NCBI GenBank assembly: GCA_965205865.1
Contig: CBDBHR010000030.1
Span: 1,216,001 to 1,280,000 of the forward strand
DNA from: a bacterium
GTDB lineage: Bacteria; SAR324; NAC60-12
DNA: 64,000 nucleotides
Direction of reading: 5' to 3'
In this document: positions 19,905-30,549 of the stretch, in pieces
How positions within the stretch are numbered: the stretch's first letter is position 1
Layout: each line of letters starts with the position of its first letter
Translations under genes and position numbers: made by a program
Notes under the pieces: model-generated
Databases searched by the model: none
The model's input: the letters and a program-made list of their open reading frames with translations, nothing else
Told to the model about the DNA's origin: nothing

Positions 19905-21830
19905 ATGGGAAAAGTTATTGGAATTGATTTAGGAACAACAAACTCTTGTGTGGCTGTTATGGAAGGGGGAGATCCCAAAGTCATTCAGAACGCGGAAGGG
20001 ACGCGGACTACGCCTTCCATGATTGCATTCAATGATGCGGGAGAGCGTCTCAGTGGTCAAATCGCAAAACGACAAGCAGTCACCAATCCCAGCCGCACTA
20101 TTTTTTCCATCAAGCGATTGATGGGACAAAAATTGGTGGCGGAAGAAGTGAAACGCCTGGAAGCTGTAGCCCCTTACAAAGTGATGGCAGGACCTTCCAA
20201 TCTCGCCTATGTGGAAATCGACGGGAAAAAATACTCTCCTCCTGAAATTTCCGGATTCGTTTTGCAAAAAATGAAACAGACGGCGGAAGATTATCTGGGT
20301 GAAGAAGTGACCGATGCCGTCATCACAGTGCCTGCTTATTTCAATGACAGTCAGCGACAAGCCACAAAAGATGCGGGTAAAATTGCGGGTTTGAATGTTT
20401 TACGGATCATCAATGAACCAACCGCCGCCTCGCTGGCTTATGGCCTGGATAAGAAAAGCGACGAGAAAATCGCCGTTTTTGATTTAGGAGGGGGAACTTT
20501 TGATATTTCCATTCTCGAGATTGGGGATGGTGTCTTTGAAGTGAAGGCAACCAATGGAGACACGTTTTTAGGGGGGGATGATTTTGACAATCGCTTGATC
20601 AATTTTCTGGCAGATGAATTCAAAAAAGAACAGGCGATCGATCTCAGACAAGACAAGATGGCACTTCAACGATTGAAAGAAGCGGCTGAAAAAGCCAAAC
20701 ATGAGCTCTCTTCGAGTATGCAAACCGATGTCAATCTCCCTTTCATTACAGCAGATGCTTCAGGCCCCAAGCATATGAATCTCAAAATTTCCCGTGCTAA
20801 ATTCGAACAGCTTGTCGAGGAGTTGACCCAACGCTGTTTAGAGCCTTGTAAACGGGCATTGCGGGATGCGAAATGCACGGCCAGCGACATCGATGAAGTG
20901 ATTCTGGTAGGAGGAATGATTCGCATGCCCCGTATACAGGCTCTGGTCAAAGACTTTTTTGGCAAGGAACCTCATAAAGGTGTCAATCCGGATGAGGTGG
21001 TTGCAATTGGCGCCGCAATTCAAGGGGGCGTGCTCAGAGGAGACGTAAAGGATGTCTTATTGCTGGACGTGACGCCGCTTTCCCTCGGAATCGAAACCCT
21101 GGGAGGGGTGATGACTAAATTGATTGAACGCAACACGACCATTCCTACCCGTAAGAGCCAGACCTTTTCCACTGCCGCCGACAATCAACCTGCAGTGAGC
21201 ATTCATGTCTTGCAGGGAGAGCGCGAAATGGTTGCTGGCAATAAAACCCTCGGACGATTTGAATTGGTTGGCATTCCTCCGGCACCTCGTGGAATTCCTC
21301 AGATCGAAGTCACCTTCGACATCGATGCGAACGGCATCGTGCATGTCAATGCCAAAGACTTGGGAACTGGCAAAGAACAAAAGATCAAAATCACGACCTC
21401 CAGCGGACTTTCAGAAGAAGAAGTGGAAAGAATGGTCCGCGAAGCGGAGCAATATGCGGAGGATGATAAAAAGCAACGTGAAAAAGTAGAAACAAAAAAC
21501 GAAGCGGAAACATTGATCTACAGTACGGAAAAATCCCTCGGTGAAGTGGGAGACAAATTGCCCGAAACCGACAAAACCAATATCCGGGCTGCCATCGAAC
21601 AATTGAAAAAAGATGTGGAAGGTGGGGATGTGGAAACCATAAAAGCCAGCATCGGCACCCTGACGGAAGCCTCTCATAAACTGGCGGAGTTCCTCTATGC
21701 CCAAGCAACTCGACAACAGGCGGCTGCAGGCGAGGAGACGACTTCGACTGAGAGTTCTACTGATTCTGAGAAGCCGGATGATGATGACAATGTGGTGGAT
21801 GCCGAATTCGAAGAAATCAAGAAAGATTAA
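19905..21830 (+). CDS. dnaK: Chaperone DnaK
   Basis: [25 protein letters not shown] and VVDAEFEE motifs. Confidence 0.99.
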   Translation: MGKVIGIDLGTTNSCVAVMEGGDPKVIQNAEGTRTTPSMIAFNDAGERLSGQIAKRQAVTNPSRTIFSIKRLMGQKLVAEEVKRLEAVAPYKVMAGPSNLAYVEIDGKKYSPPEISGFVLQKMKQTAEDYLGEEVTDAVITVPAYFNDSQRQATKDAGKIAGLNVLRIINEPTAASLAYGLDKKSDEKIAVFDLGGGTFDISILEIGDGVFEVKATNGDTFLGGDDFDNRLINFLADEFKKEQAIDLRQDKMALQRLKEAAEKAKHELSSSMQTDVNLPFITADASGPKHMNLKISRAKFEQLVEELTQRCLEPCKRALRDAKCTASDIDEVILVGGMIRMPRIQALVKDFFGKEPHKGVNPDEVVAIGAAIQGGVLRGDVKDVLLLDVTPLSLGIETLGGVMTKLIERNTTIPTRKSQTFSTAADNQPAVSIHVLQGEREMVAGNKTLGRFELVGIPPAPRGIPQIEVTFDIDANGIVHVNAKDLGTGKEQKIKITTSSGLSEEEVERMVREAEQYAEDDKKQREKVETKNEAETLIYSTEKSLGEVGDKLPETDKTNIRAAIEQLKKDVEGGDVETIKASIGTLTEASHKLAEFLYAQATRQQAAAGEETTSTESSTDSEKPDDDDNVVDAEFEEIKKD

Positions 21831-21853
21831 ACGGAATTTAAGAGAGAAGTCTT

Positions 21854-22978
21854 TTGGCAAAACGCGATTATTACGAGGTTCTTGGTGTTTCCAAATCCGC
21901 ATCTGACGATGATCTAAAAAAAGCCTATCGTAAAGTTGCATTAAGATACCACCCCGACCGCAATCCTGGAGATAAGAAAGCGGAAGAAAAATTCAAGGAA
22001 GCGACTGAAGCATACGAAGTGCTCAGCAATGCTGAAAAGCGCACTCGTTATGATCGTTTCGGGCATGCCGGTGTGGGTCAAGGTTCCGAAGGGATGGGAG
22101 ATCCGTTTTCAAATTTTGGAAGCGGTGGGCTTGGAGACGTATTCGATGACATTTTCGGTCAATTTTTTGGCGGATCGTCTCGTAACAGCGGATCAAGGAG
22201 AGCTCAGCGAGGTGCGGACCTGCAATATAATCTGGAAGTTACTTTTGAGCAGGCCGCTTTTGGACATAGCGCTGAACTCGATATTCCCCGTTTGGAAACC
22301 TGCGGACAGTGTGGTGGTCTCGGAGCCCGTTCTTCGAAGGATATCGAAATATGCGGTGTCTGCCAGGGAACCGGACAGCAAAGTGTGCAGCAGGGTTTCT
22401 TCAGTGTTGCCACCGCCTGTAATCGTTGTCATGGAGAAGGAAAAATCATCCGCAGACCCTGCCCCGCCTGTCAAGGGAGCACTCGTATCACAAAGACTAA
22501 AACACTGCGTGTCAATATTCCTGCAGGGGTGGACAATGGATCCCGTATCAAAATAACCGGTGAGGGTGAACAAGGTCCGCATGGTGGACCTGCCGGTGAT
22601 CTCCATGTCGTGCTTCAAGTCAGGCAACATCCCATTTTTGAACGTGTGGAAAGTGATCTGTATTGCGAAGTGCCGATCAGTGTCAGCAAAGCGGCACTGG
22701 GAACGGAAATTGAAGTACCAACCTTGGAAGGAGCTGCACGACTCAAAATCCCCCCTGGTTCACAAACTCACAGAGTATTTCGCCTCCGCAACAAGGGCAT
22801 TGTCCATCTGAGAACTAACAGAAGGGGAGATTTGCATGTCAGAATCGTCGTTGAAACCCCCACAAACCTGACATCCAAGCAACAGGAATTATTGGAAGAT
22901 TTCGAAAAAATTTCCAATGAACGAAGCCATCCCTTACATACGAAATTCGTAGACAAAATCAAAGAACTGTTTTCCTGA
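21854..22978 (+). CDS. dnaJ: Chaperone DnaJ
   Basis: J-domain with HPD, G/F region and four CxxCxGxG-type repeats; TTG start. Confidence 0.98.
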   Translation: MAKRDYYEVLGVSKSASDDDLKKAYRKVALRYHPDRNPGDKKAEEKFKEATEAYEVLSNAEKRTRYDRFGHAGVGQGSEGMGDPFSNFGSGGLGDVFDDIFGQFFGGSSRNSGSRRAQRGADLQYNLEVTFEQAAFGHSAELDIPRLETCGQCGGLGARSSKDIEICGVCQGTGQQSVQQGFFSVATACNRCHGEGKIIRRPCPACQGSTRITKTKTLRVNIPAGVDNGSRIKITGEGEQGPHGGPAGDLHVVLQVRQHPIFERVESDLYCEVPISVSKAALGTEIEVPTLEGAARLKIPPGSQTHRVFRLRNKGIVHLRTNRRGDLHVRIVVETPTNLTSKQQELLEDFEKISNERSHPLHTKFVDKIKELFS

Positions 22979-23088
22979 TTCTTGCTATAAACCCGGTATT
23001 TCTCCACTTCGTAAGGACTAGGCATTCAGATTTCTTAGTTGCTCACAAGGTATTCAGCCGGCAAAGCAATTGCCATGAAAGTCCATTT

Positions 23089-24249
23089 ATGAATCATTCT
23101 GACAATGTCCATCGACTGCAACTGAAAGACAAGGAAGTGCTTCTCATTGGGACAGCCCACATTTCTCGAGAAAGTACCAACGAAGTGATGCAGGTGATTG
23201 AACACGAACAGCCCAAGACGGTTTGTGTCGAACTGTGCAAGTCTCGATATGAAGCTCTTTCCCGCAAAGACCACTGGAAAAGCATGGACATATTCAAAGT
23301 TATCCGGGAGAAAAAAACTTTTTTACTCCTGGCCAATATCATCCTGGCTTCTTTTCAAAAAAGGCTGGGGAACAAATTGGGCATTCAACCCGGCCGGGAA
23401 ATGATCGTAGCCATTGATTCGGCAAAAGCCATTCAGGCAAACATTGTGCTGGCAGATCGAGACGTACAAACCACCTTTCTGAAAACCTGGCGCATGCTTC
23501 CTTTTCGGGAAAAAGTGAAAGTGCTCATGCAGATGATGATGAGTGTTTTTGTCTCGGAGGAAATCAGCCGAGACGATATCGAAAAAATGAAGACCCAGGA
23601 TGTGTTGACAGAAACCATGGAGATCTTCTCCCGTCAATCACCAATGATGAAAAAGGTTCTCATTGACGAACGAGATCAATATCTTGCAGAAAAAATCAGG
23701 ACGGCGCCCGGGGAAAAAATCGTCGCGGTGGTGGGCGCAGGACATGTACCTGGAATAAAAAAAGAAATAAACCACTCGCACGACTTACCTGTCTTGGAAC
23801 AGGTACCATCTCCTGCGCGGTGGGGAAATTGGTTGAAATGGGGTATTCCTGCCTTGATCATCTCCTTGATTGCTTATGGTTTTTTTCTCGCCGATTGGAA
23901 TGTTGGCATTGAAATGGTAAAACGCTGGTTTTTGATCAATGGGATTTTGTCGGCTCTCGGAGTAGTACTGGCGGCAGGTCATCCTTTGACCATCCTTTCT
24001 GCTTTCATTGCCGCCCCTTTCACGTCTCTGAATCCTACCATCGCAGCAGGTTGGGTTGCCGGGTTGGTCGAAGCGTTTGTGCGTAAACCACAGGTTCGGG
24101 ATTTTGAAAACCTCATGGAGGACATCACCCATATCTCCGGATTCTGGAGAAACAAAGTCACCCGTATTCTTCTGATTGTTGTTTTTGCGAATGTCGGCAG
24201 TATGGTGGGGACATTCATTGGCGGTGGGGCCATCATCGAACTATTGTAA
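23089..24249 (+). CDS. TraB/PrgY/GumN family protein
   Basis: GTAHIS, VCVELC.SR, PGREM, LIDERD and VVGAGH motifs, with C-terminal TM helices. Confidence 0.9.
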   Translation: MNHSDNVHRLQLKDKEVLLIGTAHISRESTNEVMQVIEHEQPKTVCVELCKSRYEALSRKDHWKSMDIFKVIREKKTFLLLANIILASFQKRLGNKLGIQPGREMIVAIDSAKAIQANIVLADRDVQTTFLKTWRMLPFREKVKVLMQMMMSVFVSEEISRDDIEKMKTQDVLTETMEIFSRQSPMMKKVLIDERDQYLAEKIRTAPGEKIVAVVGAGHVPGIKKEINHSHDLPVLEQVPSPARWGNWLKWGIPALIISLIAYGFFLADWNVGIEMVKRWFLINGILSALGVVLAAGHPLTILSAFIAAPFTSLNPTIAAGWVAGLVEAFVRKPQVRDFENLMEDITHISGFWRNKVTRILLIVVFANVGSMVGTFIGGGAIIELL

Positions 24250-24458
24250 CCTGAGTTCGAGATAAGAATTTAATAAATTCAATATGTTATGGAATTTTCA
24301 TATCTTAGAGAAACCTTGTCATTCCTGCGAGATCCCTGCGTACGCAGGGAAGGAATCCAGAGGTATGCGGCCAGACTGAAATCTGGATCCCCGCTTTCGC
24401 GAGGATGACATATACACTAGGATACTCATATTATTGAAGATTTATGTCGAACTCAGGT
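24249..24458 (+). mobile_element. MITE copy 3 (210 bp, shortest form)
   Basis: Same TIRs; TATTGT duplicated on both sides; the left end completes the TAA stop of the traB-family gene. Confidence 0.9.
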
Positions 24459-24485
24459 TATTGTGAGAATCTCGGGAGAACACGG

Positions 24486-25103
24486 ATGTTGCGGTTTTTT
24501 TTCGATGTCGATGGAGTTTTACTCAATTTTGAAAAGAGTTATGTCCGTGTCTTGAAGGACTATTTTAAATTGGACGTTCCTGATGATTTCGAGATGGCAG
24601 ACTGGTTTTTCAAGGATGTGCTGGATGAGAATCAACTCAAAGAAAGCTGGGAATATTTTATCGGCAGCGACCATTTTAGCCGACTCTCTCCGCTAATCAA
24701 CCCGGAACGGTTCAATCGTGTCTTTGGGGCCTACCCAGTGCATTTCATCACAAATATCCCTCGACAGTATTTAGAAAAGCGAAAACAAAACCTGAAAGAT
24801 GCTGGATTTCGCTGGCATTCCCTGCATTGTGGCGGAATGGTATCCTTTGATTACAATCCTCCGGTGACCAAGGCAGAAATTATCCGTCAGCTGGCGCGGG
24901 ATGAGGAGATATTGGTATTCGTGGATGATCATCCGGACAATTGTATGAACGTTCATGAGCATTTTTCTCAAGCAAAAGTCTGGCTTATTTCTCGTCCTTT
25001 CAATCAACATTTCACTCATTCCGTGATTCGCCGCGCCGATCATTGGGATACCCTCATTGCCTTTTCAAAAGACTTGATCAACGCCGTAGTGAATCACCGC
25101 TGA
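24486..25103 (+). CDS. HAD-superfamily hydrolase (5'-nucleotidase-like)
   Basis: Motif I FDVDGVL, motif II FITN, a conserved K, and motif IV FVDDHPDN. Confidence 0.75.
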   Translation: MLRFFFDVDGVLLNFEKSYVRVLKDYFKLDVPDDFEMADWFFKDVLDENQLKESWEYFIGSDHFSRLSPLINPERFNRVFGAYPVHFITNIPRQYLEKRKQNLKDAGFRWHSLHCGGMVSFDYNPPVTKAEIIRQLARDEEILVFVDDHPDNCMNVHEHFSQAKVWLISRPFNQHFTHSVIRRADHWDTLIAFSKDLINAVVNHR

Positions 25104-25163
25104 GCCTCTCTGCACTGCCCTCTTGAAGCCAGAACCCAGGACCCACATGGCGTGGCCTGCGCC

Positions 25164-25191
25164 TGGATTCCCGCTCAAGCCAGGAATGACA
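25164..25191. repeat. Single degenerate TGTCAT-type hairpin arm
   Basis: TGGATTCCCGCTCAAGCCAGGAATGACA, in a convergent intergenic region. Confidence 0.65.
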
Positions 25192-25391
25192 AAAATTGAA
25201 AATCACAGACTGCTGTCTAAACTAATCCGGAGAATAAAGGGGAAGTCCCGGCACTTGTTCTTGGGGAGAGATGGCAACGTCAGCATGAAGTGATTTATTT
25301 GGAAGTCTGAATATCTGCGGGGAATTCAAGCATAGTCAGAACTGGACGCAAAGTGAAAAAAAATCTGCCGCTTTTTTTAAACCGGAAGGAC

Positions 25392-26933
25392 TCAAAAAGA
25401 ATAAAAAATCCGAGCCACTAGATGAGTGATGGGTTCATTCCTTTCCAGAGGGGTATGATTGTCATTGTAATTGAATGCTTCTCCTGCCATGAAAAAGTTG
25501 ATTTCCAGCTCCGTATGCAAGTGCTTGTCCCATTTCCAAAAAAGCGTGTTATCCCACTCCAGGCCGATATTACTCACTTGCTTTCCAATCGCATTCAGGG
25601 TTGGCTTGCTACGAGCGAGCTGGAACAATCCCCCTCGATACATGAAGGAATATTCCTCCAATGTCAATTGGTACCATCCTCCAAACATGTTGGTATTGCT
25701 GACCGAATGCCCCAAACCGGTTCCGCTTGTCAACCCCAATCCCCCACCATTGAAGTAAAAATTGGTTCCTTGATAAGTGCCTGGAACGATTTCATGGTAG
25801 CCATTCAAAGTTCGTAAGAAGTTGGCGCCGCTGTTATCAGGATCATTTATTTCCTCGTCACCAGACGCTATCAAACCTCGAAAACCAATTTGATGGTTAT
25901 CAAGCTGATAACTCAGTTCCAATTCGCTGGCCACACCCGCTATCGATTGTTTGCTCCGTTCTGAGCTATCTTTTAAATGGTAACGGCGTTTTCCCTGATT
26001 GCCGGTTAGATCGAATCTCAAATTAAGTGGATATAATTCCCAGTTCACCAAAATTCCAAAATATTCTTGCTCTCTTGCATCATAGTACCAACCCTTTTCC
26101 CCTGTTGTTGCTTGCATTGTTGTCGTCTCGCGAAAGACGGGACCGTTGCCTCTGCCCAGAGGAACATCACGCTCCGTATAAAGGATACGGAATATTTCTA
26201 TATCCAATAAGCGCGATGTGGCGCCATCCTCATTTTGTTCATGAAAGACGGGATAATTCAGGGAACCATAGTACAGCCATTCGGCTGAATGCCGGCCAAT
26301 TTTGGCTGCTCCTAACTGGTAACACCAAGTTCCTATTGTACAATCTTGAGAAATACCTGTGAGGATTCCCGAAAAAACTTTGCCTCGACGGTCTCCAATA
26401 TTGAATGCGTGTTTCCCTGCTCTCAGAATATTCCGTGGATTGGAGTTGTATTCCAAAAATGCCTGCCGTGCCTGAACCTGGGCCGATTGAGAATCCGGTA
26501 CCTTTCTCAAGGAATTTTCTTCTCTCAAATTTGCTTCCTGCCAAGGTCCTTGCCGGATTTCCAATTCGGCATTGATAGAAAGATTGCGATGGAAGATGGA
26601 ATGCAATCCGATTCTCAGTTCGTGTTCGAAAGACAAGTCCTTGGGGTTGATTTCGTTTTCTCCATAGGGAGGAAAGGTACTGCTGTCCATATGCCTGACA
26701 TGCAAGCGATAATCTGCCGAAATTTTCAAACCTGCAGAAAACATCAGGGTATCCTCCCTTTCTTCTACGTCTTCCGCACTCATAGGGGTAAAATTTGATT
26801 GAGCGAACGCATTGCCTGCAATCCATGCAATTGCGATCCAACTGACAAGGAAGATTTGCAAGAAAAAGTATACGGACCGCTCGTAGCTCAGGGGAACCAG
26901 CCGTCTACCAATTTTCGGAAAAAAATGTTTCAT
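25392..26933 (-). CDS. Probable outer-membrane beta-barrel protein
   Basis: Signal-like N-terminus, many amphipathic aromatic strands, and C-terminal ARIFYSF ending in Phe. Confidence 0.65.
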   Translation of the reverse strand: MKHFFPKIGRRLVPLSYERSVYFFLQIFLVSWIAIAWIAGNAFAQSNFTPMSAEDVEEREDTLMFSAGLKISADYRLHVRHMDSSTFPPYGENEINPKDLSFEHELRIGLHSIFHRNLSINAELEIRQGPWQEANLREENSLRKVPDSQSAQVQARQAFLEYNSNPRNILRAGKHAFNIGDRRGKVFSGILTGISQDCTIGTWCYQLGAAKIGRHSAEWLYYGSLNYPVFHEQNEDGATSRLLDIEIFRILYTERDVPLGRGNGPVFRETTTMQATTGEKGWYYDAREQEYFGILVNWELYPLNLRFDLTGNQGKRRYHLKDSSERSKQSIAGVASELELSYQLDNHQIGFRGLIASGDEEINDPDNSGANFLRTLNGYHEIVPGTYQGTNFYFNGGGLGLTSGTGLGHSVSNTNMFGGWYQLTLEEYSFMYRGGLFQLARSKPTLNAIGKQVSNIGLEWDNTLFWKWDKHLHTELEINFFMAGEAFNYNDNHTPLERNEPITHLVARIFYSF

Positions 26934-27173
26934 AAGGATTCGTCCGGAGTGGTTGCGCAAGAGGATAAATAGATTACTTTCGCTGTGATTTATAAAGAAA
27001 AAATTTTGCTTTCACAAGTGTTTTTTAGAACTCTCTGAAAAAAACTGGCTTTTCCAGGGTGCCTTGATTACAAATATTGATCCGGCACTTTATAAATAGC
27101 TCGGACCACAGCAAAAGAGCCCATCTTTGGTAGGCTGATTCGTCGCATTGGCGTACTTCATTGAGGAATTCTT

Positions 27174-28931
27174 ATGACAGCGACCCAACTTTCCAAACAG
27201 AAAATCTGGAGTTTTCTTCCCTCTCCGGAACCCGATCTCTTACGGAAAGTGAGTGGAGAATTCCGCTTGTCTAAATTGGTCAGCAGCATTTTAGTCAGGC
27301 GGGGTTATTCGACGTCGGAGTCCATATACGCTTTTTTGCATCCTCAGCTTTCAAACTTGCGCAATCCTTACTTGATGCGAGATATGCGAAAAGGCGTGGA
27401 TTTATTGAAATGGGCAATTTTTGCGCAAAAACGCATTGTTATTCTGGGCGACTATGATGTTGATGGGATCACGGCGACCGCCATGTTGATGTTGTTTCTG
27501 AAATCTTGTGGATGCCGGAACATCGACTATTTCATTCCCAATCGCTTTGATCATGGATATGGTTTGACCCAAGCCAGCGCAGATGTTTTGCTGGAAATGC
27601 AACCGGATCTTGTAGTCACCGTAGATAATGGCATCACTGCCCTCCGCGAAATTCAAACCCTGCAACAACGTGGTATCCGAACTTTGATAACCGATCATCA
27701 TCTTGCGGATTCCAGCGGAACGGCGCTCTTTAGCGGACATCCCCCTCAAATCCCCGATGGAGTGGTAATCAACCCCAACCGACCGGATTGTGACTATCCT
27801 TTCAAGGGAATTTCAGGTTGCGGGGTTGCCTTGAAGCTTTTGACGGCATTGAGAAAGGATTTGCGAGATGCCAACTTTTGGACTCTTGAAAAACCACAAC
27901 CCAATCTGAAAGCATACCTCGACTTGGCCGCTCTCGGCACCGTCGCCGACGTTGTTCCTTTAGTGGATGAAAATCGCATTTTGGCGCATTGTGGTATCCA
28001 GTGCATGAATGCGCAACCTCGCGTTGGCATTCAAGCGCTCTCTCGCTTGAAAAACATCAGGAGCGTCGATACTCAGACTCTCGCTTTCCAATTTGGTCCA
28101 CTTTTAAATGCGGCAGGACGAATGTACAATGCCGCCATCGGAGTGAAATTGCTCTTGAGTGATGATTTTAACGAAGCAGAGAAAATTGCAAGACAACTGG
28201 ATCAAGCCAATCAGGAACGCCGTGAAACCGAAGCCCGAATGTTGGAAATTGCCACGGAACAAGCACGAGTCCTCCAACATCAGCACGGTCTGGTGCTGCA
28301 ATCATCTCAATTTCACGAAGGCATCAGTGGCATTGTGGCAGCAAGGATGGTTGAACAATTTTATAAACCAACGATTGTCTGCGCAAAAAATGGAAATTAT
28401 TACAAATGCTCCGCGCGGTCCATTCCGGAACTCCATATCAAAAACGTTTTGAATCAGTGCGCTGAACAACTAGAGAAATTTGGAGGTCATGCCGGAGCGG
28501 CTGGTTGTACCGTTCATGAGGAACAGTTTGAAACCTTTATTGAGAAATACGAATCGACTTGCAAAAAATTCCTGACGGTCGACGGACAGATTCAGATTCC
28601 GCAGCCTCGGCTGATGCTCGAAGGAGAACTGACTCTTGATGCCATTGATTGGCATCTGATTGATCAATTGGAATTGCTGCAACCTTTTGGCGCCGCCAAT
28701 CCAACTCCTCTTTTTTCTATCCCAACCCCTCGGCAAGCGTTCCATACGTTGAAAGAAAAGCACCTCAAATGGGGCACGCGAGGAAAAGATATCATCGGGT
28801 GGAATTTAGCCGGACCTTTTTTAAACGCGCAGGCAATGAATCGAGTCCCTCAAAAACTTGCAGTCCTTCTTGGAGTCAATGTATTCCAAGGTCGGCGATC
28901 CATTCAACTGGTGATTCAAGATTATCAGTGA
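27174..28931 (+). CDS. recJ: Single-stranded-DNA-specific exonuclease RecJ
   Basis: GDYDVDG, TVDNG, TDHH, GTVADVVPL, NAAGR and GGHAGAAG motifs. Confidence 0.95.
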   Translation: MTATQLSKQKIWSFLPSPEPDLLRKVSGEFRLSKLVSSILVRRGYSTSESIYAFLHPQLSNLRNPYLMRDMRKGVDLLKWAIFAQKRIVILGDYDVDGITATAMLMLFLKSCGCRNIDYFIPNRFDHGYGLTQASADVLLEMQPDLVVTVDNGITALREIQTLQQRGIRTLITDHHLADSSGTALFSGHPPQIPDGVVINPNRPDCDYPFKGISGCGVALKLLTALRKDLRDANFWTLEKPQPNLKAYLDLAALGTVADVVPLVDENRILAHCGIQCMNAQPRVGIQALSRLKNIRSVDTQTLAFQFGPLLNAAGRMYNAAIGVKLLLSDDFNEAEKIARQLDQANQERRETEARMLEIATEQARVLQHQHGLVLQSSQFHEGISGIVAARMVEQFYKPTIVCAKNGNYYKCSARSIPELHIKNVLNQCAEQLEKFGGHAGAAGCTVHEEQFETFIEKYESTCKKFLTVDGQIQIPQPRLMLEGELTLDAIDWHLIDQLELLQPFGAANPTPLFSIPTPRQAFHTLKEKHLKWGTRGKDIIGWNLAGPFLNAQAMNRVPQKLAVLLGVNVFQGRRSIQLVIQDYQ

Positions 28932-28957
28932 AGAAGAAAAATGATTTTATTGCAGTC

Positions 28958-29998
28958 TCATTGTGACGAAGACTCCATGGTCCGCTGAGAGATTTTTGCC
29001 AGCACGAGCACAAGAACAATCCCCACAATCATCAAAATCACCGCCAAGAGTAATTGGATATCAAATTGTGCAGGCAAAATGTTTTGTTCTTCTAAAATAT
29101 GGATTTCTCCATGAATGACTTTGCTTTCCAATATTTCCTTCCAGGGCCAGATTTTCCGCATGGCTCCAACCATAACCCCTGTCAACAACGCCATGGTGGC
29201 ACTGCGATAATGACTCAAAAGGGATTTTAAAATTCGGGAAAACCCCACAATGCCAATCACACAACCCAAGGCGAAGAGGAAAATCACCAGCATGTTGTCG
29301 AGATTGAAGGGGTTTTTGACGGCTCCCGTAACAAATTCATACTTTCCCAGAATCAATAAAAGGAAGGATCCACTCAAACCAGGCAAGACCATTGCGCAAA
29401 TAACTATGATGCCACTGAAAACCAGAAACCACCAAGTTTCAGGAGTGGTGAGGGGAATCACGCCGACGATGAAATAGGCGCTCAGTCCTCCTCCCCCGGC
29501 AAAAAGAATGGTGGTACCTTGCCAGGAATCGATTTCCTTACCGACTATGAAAATGGATGCGAGGATCAATCCGAAGAACAAAGACCAGGTCAAAACCGCG
29601 TGGGTTGTGATCAAATAATGCATCAGCCTTGCAGTACTGACGATTGCGACACCAATTCCAAACAAAAGAGGCAGTAGGAAACGCAAATGAATTTCGGCCA
29701 AAGCGCTCTTCCATTCAAATCGAAGGAGACTCCTGACAAAGACCGGATTGATGGAAACAATTGCCCCTAACCATTGGGAATAAATTCCACTAATGAAAGC
29801 AATAGTGCCTCCGGAAACACCTGGAACGATATCCGCAGTTCCCATGCAAAATCCTTTCAGCATCAGTAGCTGAAAATCCTTCCGAGTACGGGGTCCCGGA
29901 CTGAAAAGCCATGCTGCTTTCCAGCTGCTCGGTTGGGAACCGCTGCTTATTGAAGTTTTATTCGCGTTTGGTAAATCAGATGGAGTGGGTACTTCCAT
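28958..29998 (-). CDS. DUF368 family membrane protein (undecaprenyl-phosphate translocase-like)
   Basis: Repeated GTADIVPGVSGGTIA and AMVLPGLSGS motifs; KIWPW. Confidence 0.85.
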   Translation of the reverse strand: MEVPTPSDLPNANKTSISSGSQPSSWKAAWLFSPGPRTRKDFQLLMLKGFCMGTADIVPGVSGGTIAFISGIYSQWLGAIVSINPVFVRSLLRFEWKSALAEIHLRFLLPLLFGIGVAIVSTARLMHYLITTHAVLTWSLFFGLILASIFIVGKEIDSWQGTTILFAGGGGLSAYFIVGVIPLTTPETWWFLVFSGIIVICAMVLPGLSGSFLLLILGKYEFVTGAVKNPFNLDNMLVIFLFALGCVIGIVGFSRILKSLLSHYRSATMALLTGVMVGAMRKIWPWKEILESKVIHGEIHILEEQNILPAQFDIQLLLAVILMIVGIVLVLVLAKISQRTMESSSQ

Positions 29999-30070
29999 AG
30001 CAAAATAGGAGAGGGCGCTTTTTCAGTCATCAAGGAGGAAAGTGATTTATATTGAATGCCAGGAAATAGA

Positions 30071-30514
30071 TCAAACTAAAAAGCTGTCGTCACTCTCCTT
30101 TACAAAAAAATGATCGACATAGGCTTCATATATTCTCTGATTAAAATTTTTATAAAATGTTTTATCATCAAACTGTTCCAGACATATCGTACAATATTGC
30201 CTCAATTTTAAAACCGACCCTGCCTCGTTCCTGACAAACTGATTGACAAATACTTGCACCTCCCACGAAAACGTTTGCAGCGACATTTCAAAAAGGAAGC
30301 AATCTTCGGCATGTTCAATCAACAATTCCGTCGCAACGTGATCAATCAGTGCGAAAAAATCCCTTCCCAGCACATTCAAAGATGTGATTTCTTGACGAGT
30401 GAGTTTTTCTGCTAAATTCTGATAGAATGTCCGGTAGTGGAAATCCTTGGTTTGTAGTTGTTGGACTAAAACGTCTTTTTGCATAATTCGTTGATTGAGT
30501 TGTCTTTTTTCCAC
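30071..30514 (-). CDS. Hypothetical protein
   Basis: 147-aa ORF filling the gap between genes; no motif recognised. Confidence 0.55.
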   Translation of the reverse strand: MEKRQLNQRIMQKDVLVQQLQTKDFHYRTFYQNLAEKLTRQEITSLNVLGRDFFALIDHVATELLIEHAEDCFLFEMSLQTFSWEVQVFVNQFVRNEAGSVLKLRQYCTICLEQFDDKTFYKNFNQRIYEAYVDHFFVKESDDSFLV

Positions 30515-30549
30515 ATTTCAATAAAATATCAGCAAAATATGCAAGAATC

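Noticed and set aside
25200-25390. Possible structured ncRNA in the convergent intergenic gap
   Set aside because: No recognisable family motif or convincing long stem by eye; an Rfam scan would be needed.
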